NCBI RefSeq assembly: GCF_028641065.1 | Contig: NC_073400.1 | Span: 5,332,001 to 5,396,000 of the forward strand | Origin: Leucoraja erinacea | Lineage: Eukaryota | Reading direction: 5' to 3' | Length of the DNA stretch: 64,000 nucleotides | Part shown: one piece after another, positions 50,241 through 61,674 of the stretch | Position numbering within the stretch: position 1 is the stretch's first letter | Layout: every line of letters begins with the position of its first letter | Translations under genes and position numbers: made by a program | The notes under the pieces: model-generated | Seen by the model: the letters and a program-made list of their open reading frames with translations, nothing else | Told to the model about the DNA's origin: nothing | The model's database searches: none

Positions 50241-51706
50241 ATTGGTTAGGGATAAGGGAAACAAGATATATGGAGTGCAGGTAAACAACGTCAGGAATAC
50301 GAATAAAGGAGTAATGTTGAGGGAGACACAAGAGGCTGCAAACTGCTGGAGGAACTCAGGAGGTCAGGCAGCATTTGTGGAAGGAAATGGACAGATGACG
50401 TTTCAGGTGGGGACCATTCTTTGGACCCTCTGAGAGTTAGTGGACAGGAGCATTATGTGTGATCTGTGGCATTACGGACAGACGAGGAGGGTGGAGATAG
50501 GGTACGTGGGAAGAGCAATGGAGAAAGCAAATCACAGTGAAGAACATAAACAGAAGCGTTTGAATCACGAGTCACTAAGATTAAGATTAAGGCAAATTAA
50601 TTTTAAAAGGTTGGAAATGAACAATCCTCGAATTGGAAGATCACTTGTGGGGAGACCAGGGCACAATCAGGTTCAACGTGTGAGTGCTTGGTTGTGATGG
50701 AGTTGCTGGGGGGGGCATAAACTGTGAGTTATATCCCAATTATCCCACAGCAGGGAGATGCTCCCACAAACTGCAATGTGATAATCATGCAGTCTACTTC
50801 TGGGAATGCTGCTGAGGATATACATTGGGCAGGATTCTGGAGAAAACGACCTGTTTTTCTTCAAAACAGAGCCACTGAGTTCTTGATGGACACACCAGGG
50901 GCAACTGGGGCTTCCACCTAACGCCACCTCTAACATAGCACCACCTCCTCAATCCTCCTTAAGTCTCTGGAGTGTCACTTTAACCCATGACCTTCTGATT
51001 CAGAGGCAAGTGTGGTACTGACTGAGCCTTGAGAGAAAGGGTGGGGGGAATTAGGCTCGAGGACCCCAGTTATAGTGCAGCTATTTATAATTTTGCCCTG
51101 AGATGTCATGGGGCTGGCGATCAAAATATGCTCAAACAAGGAGTATGAAACATTACAACGACAATTACATCATTTCCCCAAATGGTCTCTATGTGAACGA
51201 CCTTGCGCATCTTAACATATCAATGTAACCTGGCCCTTTCTCCTTACATACCCAACTCCCCACCATCTGTGATATGCATCGCAATTATCTAGCAGCAAAT
51301 TTCACATTATTACATTGGGTAAAAATATTATTTCTGATTTCTGTATGGGAATTTATAACCATTGTCTATCGTATAAAGGAGATCCCCAGAAGTCACCTTC
51401 CCCACATACTCACTCATCTCTATGTCTGCTCTATCGAGCCCTTTCACTAATACAAAGATACTTGTCGAGTCACCTGTCAGCCTTCGCATTTTAAGAAGAC
51501 AATTTCAGGGCCATTCAGTCTTTACAGGTAAAAGTTCTCCGTTTCAGAATCACCCACTCAGATTTATTTTGCATCTTTACCCACGCCTCGAAATCTTTCT
51601 CATAATGTAGTTATTATTTTTAAATAATGGAAATGTCTACCTGTAAACCTTCCAGCTAAAAAAAAACAATGGACTCTGGTCCTGAATGTAAATGATTTGG
51701 ACTTAC

Positions 51707-51894
51707 CACCAGGATGAGTCCACTCGCGGTGTCAGTGTGAGCAGTATTAATATGAAGGCAAGATAAAGTCTGGAGCAGGTTTTAGTCCCATCGCTGCTGG
51801 TTGTCCTATTAATCTGTCTCACACCTTCTGTGCCTGAAGTATGGGACACTTTCCAATAGACTGTGCACTCTTCAGCTCTGGACAGCCCCGACAT
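51707..51894 (-). CDS. wnt2b: wnt2b coding exon 1 (188 nt; N-terminal extension and signal peptide)
   Basis: ATG at 51894. Encodes MSGLSRAEE...RLYLAFILILLTLTPRVDSSW+TG, matching the WNT2B signal region (human LLLTLPARVDTSWW). Phase-2 GTAAGT donor at 51706-51701. Confidence 0.92.
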
Positions 51895-52377
51895 TGTGTT
51901 TTAAAAGAAGAAAAGCAATTCTTGCAGAATTTAACAAGGTTTACACACAAACAATACTTCCCCGTATCTTCTAGTTGTCAACGGTCATTTATTTTTGTCT
52001 AACACATTAAATCCATCTTCTGATTTGGCTGGATTTTCATTCTGAACAGTGACACCTCAAATTAATCTGTAAATTCCCTTTGTAAAGTCAAAGCTGAGAC
52101 GGGCAACTGCGGCTTTTAACTGAATGCTCTCTCTTTTCCTCTCTCCCGCTCTCTCTCTTTCTCTCTTTGCGTTCTTCGTGCCAGGGGACTGGGAACACCT
52201 CGCTCAGGTCTGCCGTGCAGTACTGGCAATCTGCAAGTGTCTCCGTTGTTCTCCTATTGGGTCGAGCCAATAACAGTGCTGCTGTGAGACAGAAGAGTCC
52301 TGGCACTCTTGCTTGTCGACTGGTTATCCACTCACTGACACCAGGGCTGAGCTGCAGCTTCCAGAAGGCACCACATC
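51895..52377 (-). promoter_or_regulatory. wnt2b 5' UTR / proximal promoter region
   Basis: Unique sequence upstream of the ATG. Contains an inverted CCAAT pair TATTGG-N6-CCAATA (52255-52272), a GA-rich tract (52127-52170) and two short uORFs. Cut off by an N-gap. Confidence 0.5.
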
Positions 52378-53046
52378 NNNNNNNNNNNNNNNNNNNNNNN
52401 NNNNNNNNNNNNNNNNNNNNNNNNNNNNNNNNNNNNNNNNNNNNNNNNNNNNNNNNNNNNNNNNNNNNNNNNNNNNNNNNNNNNNNNNNNNNNNNNNNNN
52501 NNNNNNNNNNNNNNNNNNNNNNNNNNNNNNNNNNNNNNNNNNNNNNNNNNNNNNNNNNNNNNNNNNNNNNNNNNNNNNNNNNNNNNNNNNNNNNNNNNNN
52601 NNNNNNNNNNNNNNNNNNNNNNNNNNNNNNNNNNNNNNNNNNNNNNNNNNNNNNNNNNNNNNNNNNNNNNNNNNNNNNNNNNNNNNNNNNNNNNNNNNNN
52701 NNNNNNNNNNNNNNNNNNNNNNNNNNNNNNNNNNNNNNNNNNNNNNNNNNNNNNNNNNNNNNNNNNNNNNNNNNNNNNNNNNNNNNNNNNNNNNNNNNNN
52801 NNNNNNNNNNNNNNNNNNNNNNNNNNNNNNNNNNNNNNNNNNNNNNNNNNNNNNNNNNNNNNNNNNNNNNNNNNNNNNNNNNNNNNNNNNNNNNNNNNNN
52901 NNNNNNNNNNNNNNNNNNNNNNNNNNNNNNNNNNNNNNNNNNNNNNNNNNNNNNNNNNNNNNNNNNNNNNNNNNNNNNNNNNNNNNNNNNNNNNNNNNNN
53001 NNNNNNNNNNNNNNNNNNNNNNNNNNNNNNNNNNNNNNNNNNNNNN
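52378..53046. other. Assembly gap (N) in the promoter region
   Basis: Run of N. Confidence 1.
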
Positions 53047-53897
53047 AACATACACACATGTATACACACTCACATGCACACACACACACACACGCATACT
53101 CACACAAACACACACACACATGCACACATACACACATACTCACATACAATACAATACAACACCATTTATTTGTCATTTGAACCTCACATGAAGTTCAAAC
53201 GAAATTTGGTTTCTGCAGCCATACAAGAAAAGAACCAAGACACACACCAACACAATTGACACAAACATCCATCACAGTGAATCTCCTCCTCACTGTGATG
53301 GAAGGCAAAGTCTTGTCTCTCCCCTGCTCTCCATTCCTTTCCCGAAGTCAAAGCCCCCGGCGGGCGCTAGCAATGCACACATGCTCGCACACACGCACGC
53401 ACACACACGCGCACATGCACACAAGCATACTGGAAGTCACGCACACATGCATGCACGCACACATGCACGCCAGCTTTTTTGTGTAACCTGCATGCACGCA
53501 TGCACATGCACTCAAACACACGCATGCACACGCACACATACACATACTGAAACACACGTACAAACACACCATGTACACACACACACACTCATGCACACAC
53601 ACGCGCACATGCACACAAGCATACTCGAATACATGCACACATGCATGCACGCACAGTGTTTAAGAGGGAACTGCAGATGGTGGAGAATCGAAGGTTACAC
53701 AAAAAAGCTTGAGTAACTCAGCGGGTGCAGCAGCATCTATGGAGCGAAGGAAATAGGCAACGTTTCGGGCCGAAACCCTTCTTCGTCTGAAACACAGTAC
53801 GTGTGTTTTGTGTAACCTGCATGCACGCACACATGCACACGCATACTCAAACACACGCATGCACACGCACACACACACGCACATACACATACTCAAA
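53047..53897. repeat. CA-rich array with inserted retroposon end (53148-53370) and PLE repeat (53658-53790)
   Basis: (CA)n/(CATG) repeats, with block TTTGTGTAACCTGCATGCACGCA at both ~53478 and ~53807. Confidence 0.85.
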
Positions 53898-54060
53898 NNN
53901 NNNNNNNNNNNNNNNNNNNNNNNNNNNNNNNNNNNNNNNNNNNNNNNNNNNNNNNNNNNNNNNNNNNNNNNNNNNNNNNNNNNNNNNNNNNNNNNNNNNN
54001 NNNNNNNNNNNNNNNNNNNNNNNNNNNNNNNNNNNNNNNNNNNNNNNNNNNNNNNNNNNN
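53898..54060. other. Assembly gap (N)
   Basis: Run of N. Confidence 1.
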
Positions 54061-54279
54061 CTAGCAATAGAATACTGACGCTGGGCCCTGCATCCCCGGG
54101 GCCCTGGAAATGTATCTGCTTTTTTAACACTTACTTTTAATAAACGTACATATTATATCGGCTGACCTCCAGCTGTCTCATAGTGACTAATAAATTACAG
54201 ACTAATAAAGTACTCTTAAAGTAAACTATAATGAACATGATACTCAAGCCCACGGGGTCCTGTAACAAACAACAACCAC

Positions 54280-54900
54280 CAATGCAGCTCCATAGGACTT
54301 TGGTTACACCGCATTTGGAGAATTGGATGCAGTTCTGGTTGCCCCATTACCAGAAAGATGTGGAATCTTTGGAGAGGGTGCAGAGGAGGTTCACCAGAAT
54401 GCTGCCTAGATTAGAGGGTTTCAGCTCCGGGGTGAGGTTGCATAGACTTGGATTGTTTTCTCTGGAACATCGGAGATTGAGGGGAGATTTGATGGAAGTG
54501 TATACAATTATGAGAGCATAGACAGGCTAGACAGTCAGAACATTTATCCAGGGTGGAGATGGTCCAACACCAGAGGGCGCTGCTGTAAGGTGAGAGGGCG
54601 AAAGTTTAATGGAGTTGTGCGGGGCAAGTGTTTTACACAGAGGGCGCGGGTGAGGGGTGAGGGGTGAGGGGTGAGGGGTGTGGGTGGTGGGGGGGGGGGG
54701 GGGGGGGACACATGCCAGGGGTGGTGAAGGCAGATACAATAATGGTATGTAAGAGGCATTTGGATAGGCATGGAAGTGCAGGGAATATGGATCATTTATA
54801 GACAGATGAGATCAGTTAAGCTAGGCACGATGTTCAGCACAAACATTGTGGACCGAAGGGCCCACCCCTGTGATGTACTGTTCTATGTTCTATGTTCTAT
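54280..54900 (+). mobile_element. CR1 3' fragment containing a (GGGGTGA)n/poly-G expansion
   Basis: LHRTLVTPHLENWMQFWLPHYQKDVESLERVQRRFTRMLP...; (TTCTATG)n tail. Confidence 0.88.
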
Positions 54901-55142
54901 CAGCTGATCTGTTTTGCTTCATGATATTGGCTGAGGGACAACCATCAGCCAGGATACAGGAGAATTCCTCTGTTCTTCTTCCAAATAGTGACATGGTATC
55001 CTTGCCATCCAACGGTGAAGGCAGACACCTTCGATCATATAGCACAGTTTTATCAATCTTGTGCATTTGAAAGTGATATCTTGCAGATTGAGACAAAATA
55101 ACAACCATATCTGAGATGCTTACTATCACTCGAACTACTTCA

Positions 55143-55438
55143 ACATAGAAACATGGAAAATAGGTGCAGGAGGAGGCCATTTGGCCCTTCGATCCAGCAC
55201 CGCCATTCATTGTGATCATGGCTGATCGTCCCCAATCAATAACCTGTGCATGCCTTCTCCCCATATCCCTTGATGCCACCAGCACCTAGAGCTCTATCTA
55301 ACTCTCTCTTAAATCCATCCAGTGATTTGGCCTCCACTGCCCTCTGTGGCAGGGAATTTCACAAATTCACAACTCTCGGCGTGAAAAGGTTTTTTCTCAC
55401 CTCAATCTTAAATGGCCTCCGCTTTATTCTAAGACTGT
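55143..55438 (-). mobile_element. CR1 3' fragment
   Basis: Same subfamily as 15580 and 25643. Confidence 0.88.
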
Positions 55439-56957
55439 GTACAGACTGTGGTCTGTACTTGCAACAATTCTTTGCCCAAGTTTGCCATCAGTCCATAGCA
55501 AACTTTCCACATTAGGTGCTGTTGTGCTGCAGCAAGTGAGAAATTGAAAACTTGCGAACTCCACACAGACTGTGCCGAAGCTCAAGGTTGTAACAAGGTC
55601 TCTATGCTGTGGCTGCCCTGTGCATTGATGGACTGGAAGCTGAAGGTTCTCAGATGGGATGTTGTATGGGGCCACACAGTTCAAATCTACAGCTGTCAAA
55701 ACTGTACCATGAACATGTATTACTTGCTCCCATCATATGGGCTTCCAGCTGCTCCTCACCTCTGGCCTCTAATCTCACTCCCAATCCTCTGACCCAATTT
55801 CCACCCGTATCTCAGGCCTTGAAATGTCATCCTTTAACCCCTTATTTACCACCAGCAACTTTCCAGTCTCATCCCAACTATACCAGCCAAACTTCTCGAC
55901 TGGCCCCCATATAGAATACAGAATGCTGGTCTGGTTCTTCCACCGACTTGCATTACTCAAGCTACCTTAGGCAAGTGGACGCCCCATCACAATCGGAAAA
56001 AGGTAAGTACTAGCTTTATGCATTGAATAATAATAATAATAATAAATTTTATTTAATGGGCGCCTTTCAGACATCTCAAGGACACCTTACATAGTAATCG
56101 GAATAAAAACATATAATCGGAAGAAAACAAGTAATAAAGACATCACAGAGACACAAATTAAAAACAGAATTCAATCCAAAAACAGAAAATCAAAAACACA
56201 GTGTGAAGAATGCCGAAGTGAAGTCCAACAATTATTGTTAGCGAAGATAGACACATAAAACTGGCGGGTCAGGCACAATCTCTGGAGAAAAGGAATATGT
56301 CTGGGAGGGGGGGCTTACTCCAGCTTTTTGTGTCGATCATAATATCATAGGTGATCAAGGTTGTAGAATTAGGCCATTCGGCCCATCAAGTCAATCGTGG
56401 CTGATCTATCTCTTCCTCCTAACCACATTCTCCTGCCCTCTACCCGGACATCTAGAGGAATGAATATAGAGATATAATCATCTTCTGCCAATTCAACGCT
56501 GATAACAGTGCTGAAGTTATACCAAATCTCAAGGCGGTTGGTTATGGTCTGTTTTACCAAGTGAAGGAGTCTAGAACTAAATGGTCTGAAGAAGGGTTTT
56601 GACCCTTAACGTTGCCTATTTCCTTCGCTCCATAGATGCTGCCTCACCCGCTGAGTTTCTCCAGCATTTGTGTCTACCTAGAACTAAATGGCATTGATTT
56701 AAGATGAGAGGATACAAATTTAAAGGGGACCTGAAGGACATCTTCACACAATGTGTGTTGGGTATGACACTTGTATATGGTGGGGAAATGAGCCAAATGC
56801 AGGTAAGTGGGATAAGCTCAGATAGGCTGCCTGGTTGGTGTTGATGGTTTGGGTCTGGTCCCATGATGTATAATTCCCGTGATGAGTCTGTGTCTTTGGA
56901 AGGACACAACACCTCAGCCTCTCAGAAACATTGCACAACACATTTTATCCAGTTTGT

Positions 56958-57253
56958 GTGGCATGGCGGTGTAGTGGCAGAGCTACTGCGCCGGAGCCTG
57001 TGTTCGATCCTGGCTTGTCTTGACAGAGTTTGTACCTTCTCCCCGTTACCTGAGTGGGTTTTCCCTGAGATCTTCAGTTTCCTCCCACACTCCAAAGACG
57101 TACAGATTTGTAGGTTAATTGGCATGGTGTAATTGTAAATTGTCCCTAGTGTGTGTAGGATAGTGTAAGTGTGCGGGGATCGCTGGTTGGCGTGGACTCG
57201 TTGGTCCGAAGGGTCTGTTTCCGTTCTGTATCTCCAAACTAAACTAAACAAAA
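56958..57253 (+). mobile_element. HE1-like V-SINE
   Basis: V-domain and (TAAAC)n tail. Confidence 0.85.
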
Positions 57254-57649
57254 CAATGTGCTGCCCAGGAATGTACAGACCACCAGACATTGTCACTGGT
57301 GCAAGCTTCGTGCAAACTGGGCAACATTGTTCAGAATATATCGCATCTCTCATTGAAAAATAGAAGTTGTACTTTCTTTTCCCTATCACCATAATAATAA
57401 AGAAAACTTGCATGTTTTAAAATATGCCTTGACATACGGATGTCCCAGAGTGTTTTTTAGCCAGAGAAGCACTCTGGTTTGTAAACACTGTTGCAATATA
57501 CAACAGGAAATTTCAATGATATGATGGATCTGAACTTGTAACTTTTTTTAAAATCATAATCCGATGGATAAGATCTTGCCATTAAGTCATGACAGTCCAA
57601 GGCAGTATAATCAGGCAAAGATTTGACATCAATCTGGATAAGAAGATAA

Positions 57650-58213
57650 TAGAGACACAATTAACTGTAGATGCAGGAAACTTGAGTAAGCCACAAAGGG
57701 CTGGTGTAACTTTACAGGTCAGGCAGCGTATCTGGAGGACACGGATAGGAGAAATTTTGGGTCAAGGGCCTTCTTCAAATTGATTATGGTGGTGGGAGAA
57801 AGCTGGAATAGAGGTGGAGGCGGGAGAAAGCCCGGCAAGTGATAGGTGGATACAAGTGAGAGTGGTTTGAACGGCCAAATGCTGGAGATGAAAAGGAGGA
57901 TGTCAGATAGAGAGAGAGAGAGAAGGTAAACGCAAATCCAGAGGAAGGGATGAGGGGAGGGGAAACGGGGTGCAGGATAGGGGGAGAAATGTGTGCACAC
58001 AGGGGTGGGGGGGCACAAGGAAAAGAATGGAGAAAAAAAAGAGGGGGGGATGTTACATAAAATTGAAGAAACCAATTCATACCATTGGGTTGTAAACTAC
58101 TCGAGTGGAATCTGAGGTGCTGTTCCTCCAGTTTGTGTTTGATCTCACTCTGGCAATGGAGGAGTCCCAGAACACAGAGATCGGTCGGTATGGGAATGGG
58201 TAGGAAAGTTAAA
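57650..58213 (-). mobile_element. Penelope-like element 3' end (GIY-YIG C-terminus, 3' UTR, terminal repeat)
   Basis: Minus strand encodes FNFPTHSHT..LCVLGLLHCQSEIKHKLEEQHLRFHSSSLQPNGMN, then a pyrimidine-rich UTR and degenerate hammerhead (TTTGAAGAAGGCCCTTGACCCAAAA). Confidence 0.8.
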
Positions 58214-59773
58214 AGGGAAAAGAAAATTATAAGATGGGAGGCTTGATGCTGTGTAGAGGGGAGGGTTTAATGGAGGGGCTTTAAAGGTGGAGAGCTGTAG
58301 GCTTAGCGTGATAATCCCAGAGCAGTTGAGTGGTTAATGATGGGCGAGGGGAATGCAAAGCTACATGATACCAGTGACGGAGGTGATTCAAGGCCTTTCA
58401 AAGTGTACATTTCTTTGCGAAGAACAAACGATGACGTCCATATTCGTGACGTTTTATGAAACTGATCCCACATAAAGAGGAAATGTATCTTCTGGCCGTT
58501 TGAGAAAGAAAGCCAAAGAGGGTTATGATGCACAGAACTGCTGAGCTATGTAATGCTACGGGACATACTTAGCTGCTTGACGTATACGGACAATCTGGGC
58601 ACTGAAGACAATGTGAAGGTCTCATCAAATGACCGATAGACTATGTATGGGAGTGGGTGCAGTCATAGCAGACAGCTGCTGCTGAGTTCGCCATATGAAG
58701 TCCCAAGCTTAGAATACAAATAATGAGACGTAGTTATTCCCCAGATGATCAAGTCTGCTGGGAATAGAACTGAAACAAAACCTGTTAGTGGATTGTTCGA
58801 ACCAACCGCAATGTGTTCTTCCAGACACCAGGGGGTGGAACGCTCGGAATATTCCTGTATAATTAGCAACCTACCATGAAGATAAATAATCTCTGCTTAT
58901 GACTATTATGATCCATCAGCCTTGGCTACAGCTAATGGTTTTCTCAAACTGGCAGCTGTCACTCAATGGGTAACATTCACACCTCTGAGATCAGCACGTA
59001 AAATCTAGACCGACACTCCCTGCCCCAGAGTGTAGACAGGGTGATGAACTGGTGGAGTGATCTCTTATATATGAAACGCTGAACTGATATGGTGCCTAAT
59101 ATCTCAGGCGGGACCCCTCAATGTCCCATTGCACTCATTTAAAGAACAGCTGAGGTGTCCCTCCAGGCAAACATTCATCAAATCAATATTATTAAGGATC
59201 AGATTACCAGATCAATGCTTTCTGTGGAGTTTGTTCACTGACCATATTGGCTAATGAGTTTTCAGTATTATGACAATGATAATGCTACAAATATACTTCA
59301 GTGGTTCTCCCTCCAAGGACAGTGGTTCTCCCTCCTCTCTGACTGCCCCCCTTCTGTGTTTTGTCTACTTCAGCGTTTCTTGCTCGCTTTGTAATGAACT
59401 TAGCTCATGAAAGATTCCATAAAGACAGAAGTTTTCAAAAATGGTTCAAGAATAACGTCAGGGTTTCAAGAATGAATTAAAAAGTCTATCTATGGTTTTA
59501 ACCAGCATATGCAATTCCTTCCTACCCGTTTTACAGTTGTGTGTGCAGGTTTAGGAAGAAACAGTAACCATTGATTCAGTGTATCGGTATCTGAATACAT
59601 TTCTTCTGGTCGTATGGTTCAAATATTGTCTATAAATTCCCAGTAATCTGGTAACGTGACACTGACCTAGTTCTTCCAGATGTGAAAAGTGGAGTAAATG
59701 GATCAACTTAATGAGGTAGAGTTTTATAATCAGAAATATCATATAAGGAGAAAACTTTATAGATTCCCTGTGA

Positions 59774-60094
59774 TGAGCAGGGTGGTGCAGCGGTAGAGTT
59801 GCTACCTCACAGAGCCAGAGACCTGGGTTCAATGCAGACTACGGGTCTTGTCTGTACGGAGTTTGTGCATTCTCCCCGTGAACTGCGTGGGTTTTCTACG
59901 GGTGCTCCGGTTTCCTCTCACACGCCAATGACATTCAGGCTTGGAGGTTAATTGGCTTTGTAAAATTATAAATTGTCCCTATTGTGTAGGATAGTGTTAG
60001 TGTGCGGGGATCACTTGTAAACGTGGACTCGGTGGACCAAAGGGCTTGTTTCCACGCCATATCTCTAAACCAAAATAAACAAAACTAAACTAAA
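59774..60094 (+). mobile_element. HE1-like V-SINE
   Basis: tRNA head, V-domain and (TAAAC)n tail. Confidence 0.88.
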
Positions 60095-61063
60095 TGTGTA
60101 GGAAGGAACTGCTTGGTTTAAACCAAAGATGGACACAAAATGCTGGAGTAACTCAGCGGGACGGGCAGCATCTCCGGAGAGGAGCAATGGGTGAGGTTTT
60201 GGGTCGAGACCCTTCTTCAGACTGTATCAGAGGAAAGGGAAAAGAGAGATATAGAAGGTGAAGTAGAGTAGAGAGATAGAAAACAAATGAATGAAAGATA
60301 TGCAAAAAAGTAACGATAATGAAGGAAACAGGCCATTGTTAGCTGGTTGCTAGGTGAGACCAAGAAGCTGGTGCAACGGGTGCTTGGGTGGGGGAGGGAT
60401 GGAGAGCGGGAATGCAGGGGTTAATTGAATTTAGAGAAATTAATATTCATACCACTGGGTTGTAAGTTGCTCAAACGAAATATGATATTCTCGTTTGGCC
60501 TCACTCTGACAATGGAGGAGGCCTAGGTCAGAAAGGTCAGTGTGGGAATGGGAAAGGAAATTAAAGTGTTTAGCAACTGGGAGATCAGGTAGGTCCAGGC
60601 GGACTGAGCGAAGGTGTCCAGTGAAATGATCGCCCAGTCTATGTTTGGTCTTGCTGATGTATAAGAGTCCACATCTTGAACAATGGATACAGTAGATGAA
60701 ATTGGAGGAGGTGCAAGTGAACCTTTGCCTAACCTGAAAGGACTGTCGGGTAAGTCCCTGGACAGAGTGGAGGGAGGAGGTATGGGGACAGGTTTTCCAT
60801 CTCCTGTGGTTGCAGGGGAAAGTAACTGGGGAGTGGGTGGTTTGGGTGGGAAGGGATGAGTTAACCAGGAATTTGCGGAGGGAACGATCTCTGCGGAAAG
60901 CGGGAAGGAGTGGAGATGGGAAGATGTAACTAGTGGTGGGATACCATTGGAGGTAGTGAAAATGTCAGGATTATGTGTTGTGTGCGACGGCTGATGGGGT
61001 GAAAGGGAAGGAATAGTGGACTCTGTCTCTGTTGGCGACTGCAATGGCTGATGTTATTTGTCT
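60095..61063 (-). mobile_element. Penelope-like retroelement (Neptune-type) 3' fragment with GIY-YIG endonuclease remnant
   Basis: My translation of the minus strand ~60965-60421: AFRRDRSLRKFLVNSSLP..FPCNHRRWKTCPH..FQVRQRFTCTSSNFIYCIHCSRCGLLYISKTKHRLGDHFTGHL..LPVAKHFNFLSHSH..(frameshift)..IFRLSNLQPSGMNINFSKFN*. Followed by UTR and the hammerhead-bearing repeat; flanked by AAACTAAACTAAA (60082-60094 and 61064-61076). Confidence 0.88.
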
Positions 61064-61602
61064 AAACTAAACTAAACCTGGACCAGCTACAGCAGCATCT
61101 CGAGGTGTGAAGAATACCACTAATATTGCCTCTGCAAATATCCTCCTTTACTAGAAGAAGAAACAAGTCAATAGCAACATCCTCTTCCAGGCCATTATCA
61201 CCAGGACTGAGGCTCTACTTATAGTCATAGAGTCATAGCATCATACAGCATGGAAATCGGCCCTTTATTCCAACTCTTCTATACTGACCAAGATGCCCCA
61301 TGTCAGCTACTCCCATTTTCCTGTGTTTGGCCAATATCTTTCGAAGCCTTTGCTATCCGTACTTGGCCAGCTATGTTGGGTGGGCGACATTGGTTGCATG
61401 ACTGACATTCTATCCCGAGCTTTGTTGTACAGGGAGATGGCCAGGTGGACTCAGAGAATGATTAGAAAATATGCCGCTGGTTTACTTGAAGAGGCGTAAC
61501 ATGCCCATGACTCCTGAGAACCCATGGCCCATGGCAGCTCAAAGTGGACAAGCAGCATTAGGGCTGAGATTGAGAACTTGAGTCCACGCATCAGGACAGC
61601 AC

Positions 61603-61672
61603 AGCGGCACAGCGGTAGAGCTGCTGCCTCACAGTGCCAGAGACCCGAGTTTGATCCTGACCTTGCAGAGTT
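61603..61672 (+). mobile_element. V-SINE head interrupted by Rex1
   Basis: GGCACAGCGGTAGAGCTGCTGCCTCACAGTGCCAGAGACCCGAGTTTGATCCTGACC. Confidence 0.75.
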
Positions 61673-61674
61673 TG

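Noticed and set aside
1634-51894. Calling the gene wnt2 instead of wnt2b
   Set aside because: [32 protein letters not shown] and the C-terminal [12 protein letters not shown] match WNT2B. WNT2 differs at these positions.
37952-54140. Long ORFs spanning N-gaps or CA repeats (e.g. 52088-53176, 48654-49016, 53381-53716)
   Set aside because: Artefacts of N runs and stop-free (CA)n low-complexity sequence.
60523-61044. 173-aa Pro/Ser-rich ORF in the track
   Set aside because: Shadow frame. The meaningful translation is the overlapping GIY-YIG frame of the Penelope fragment.
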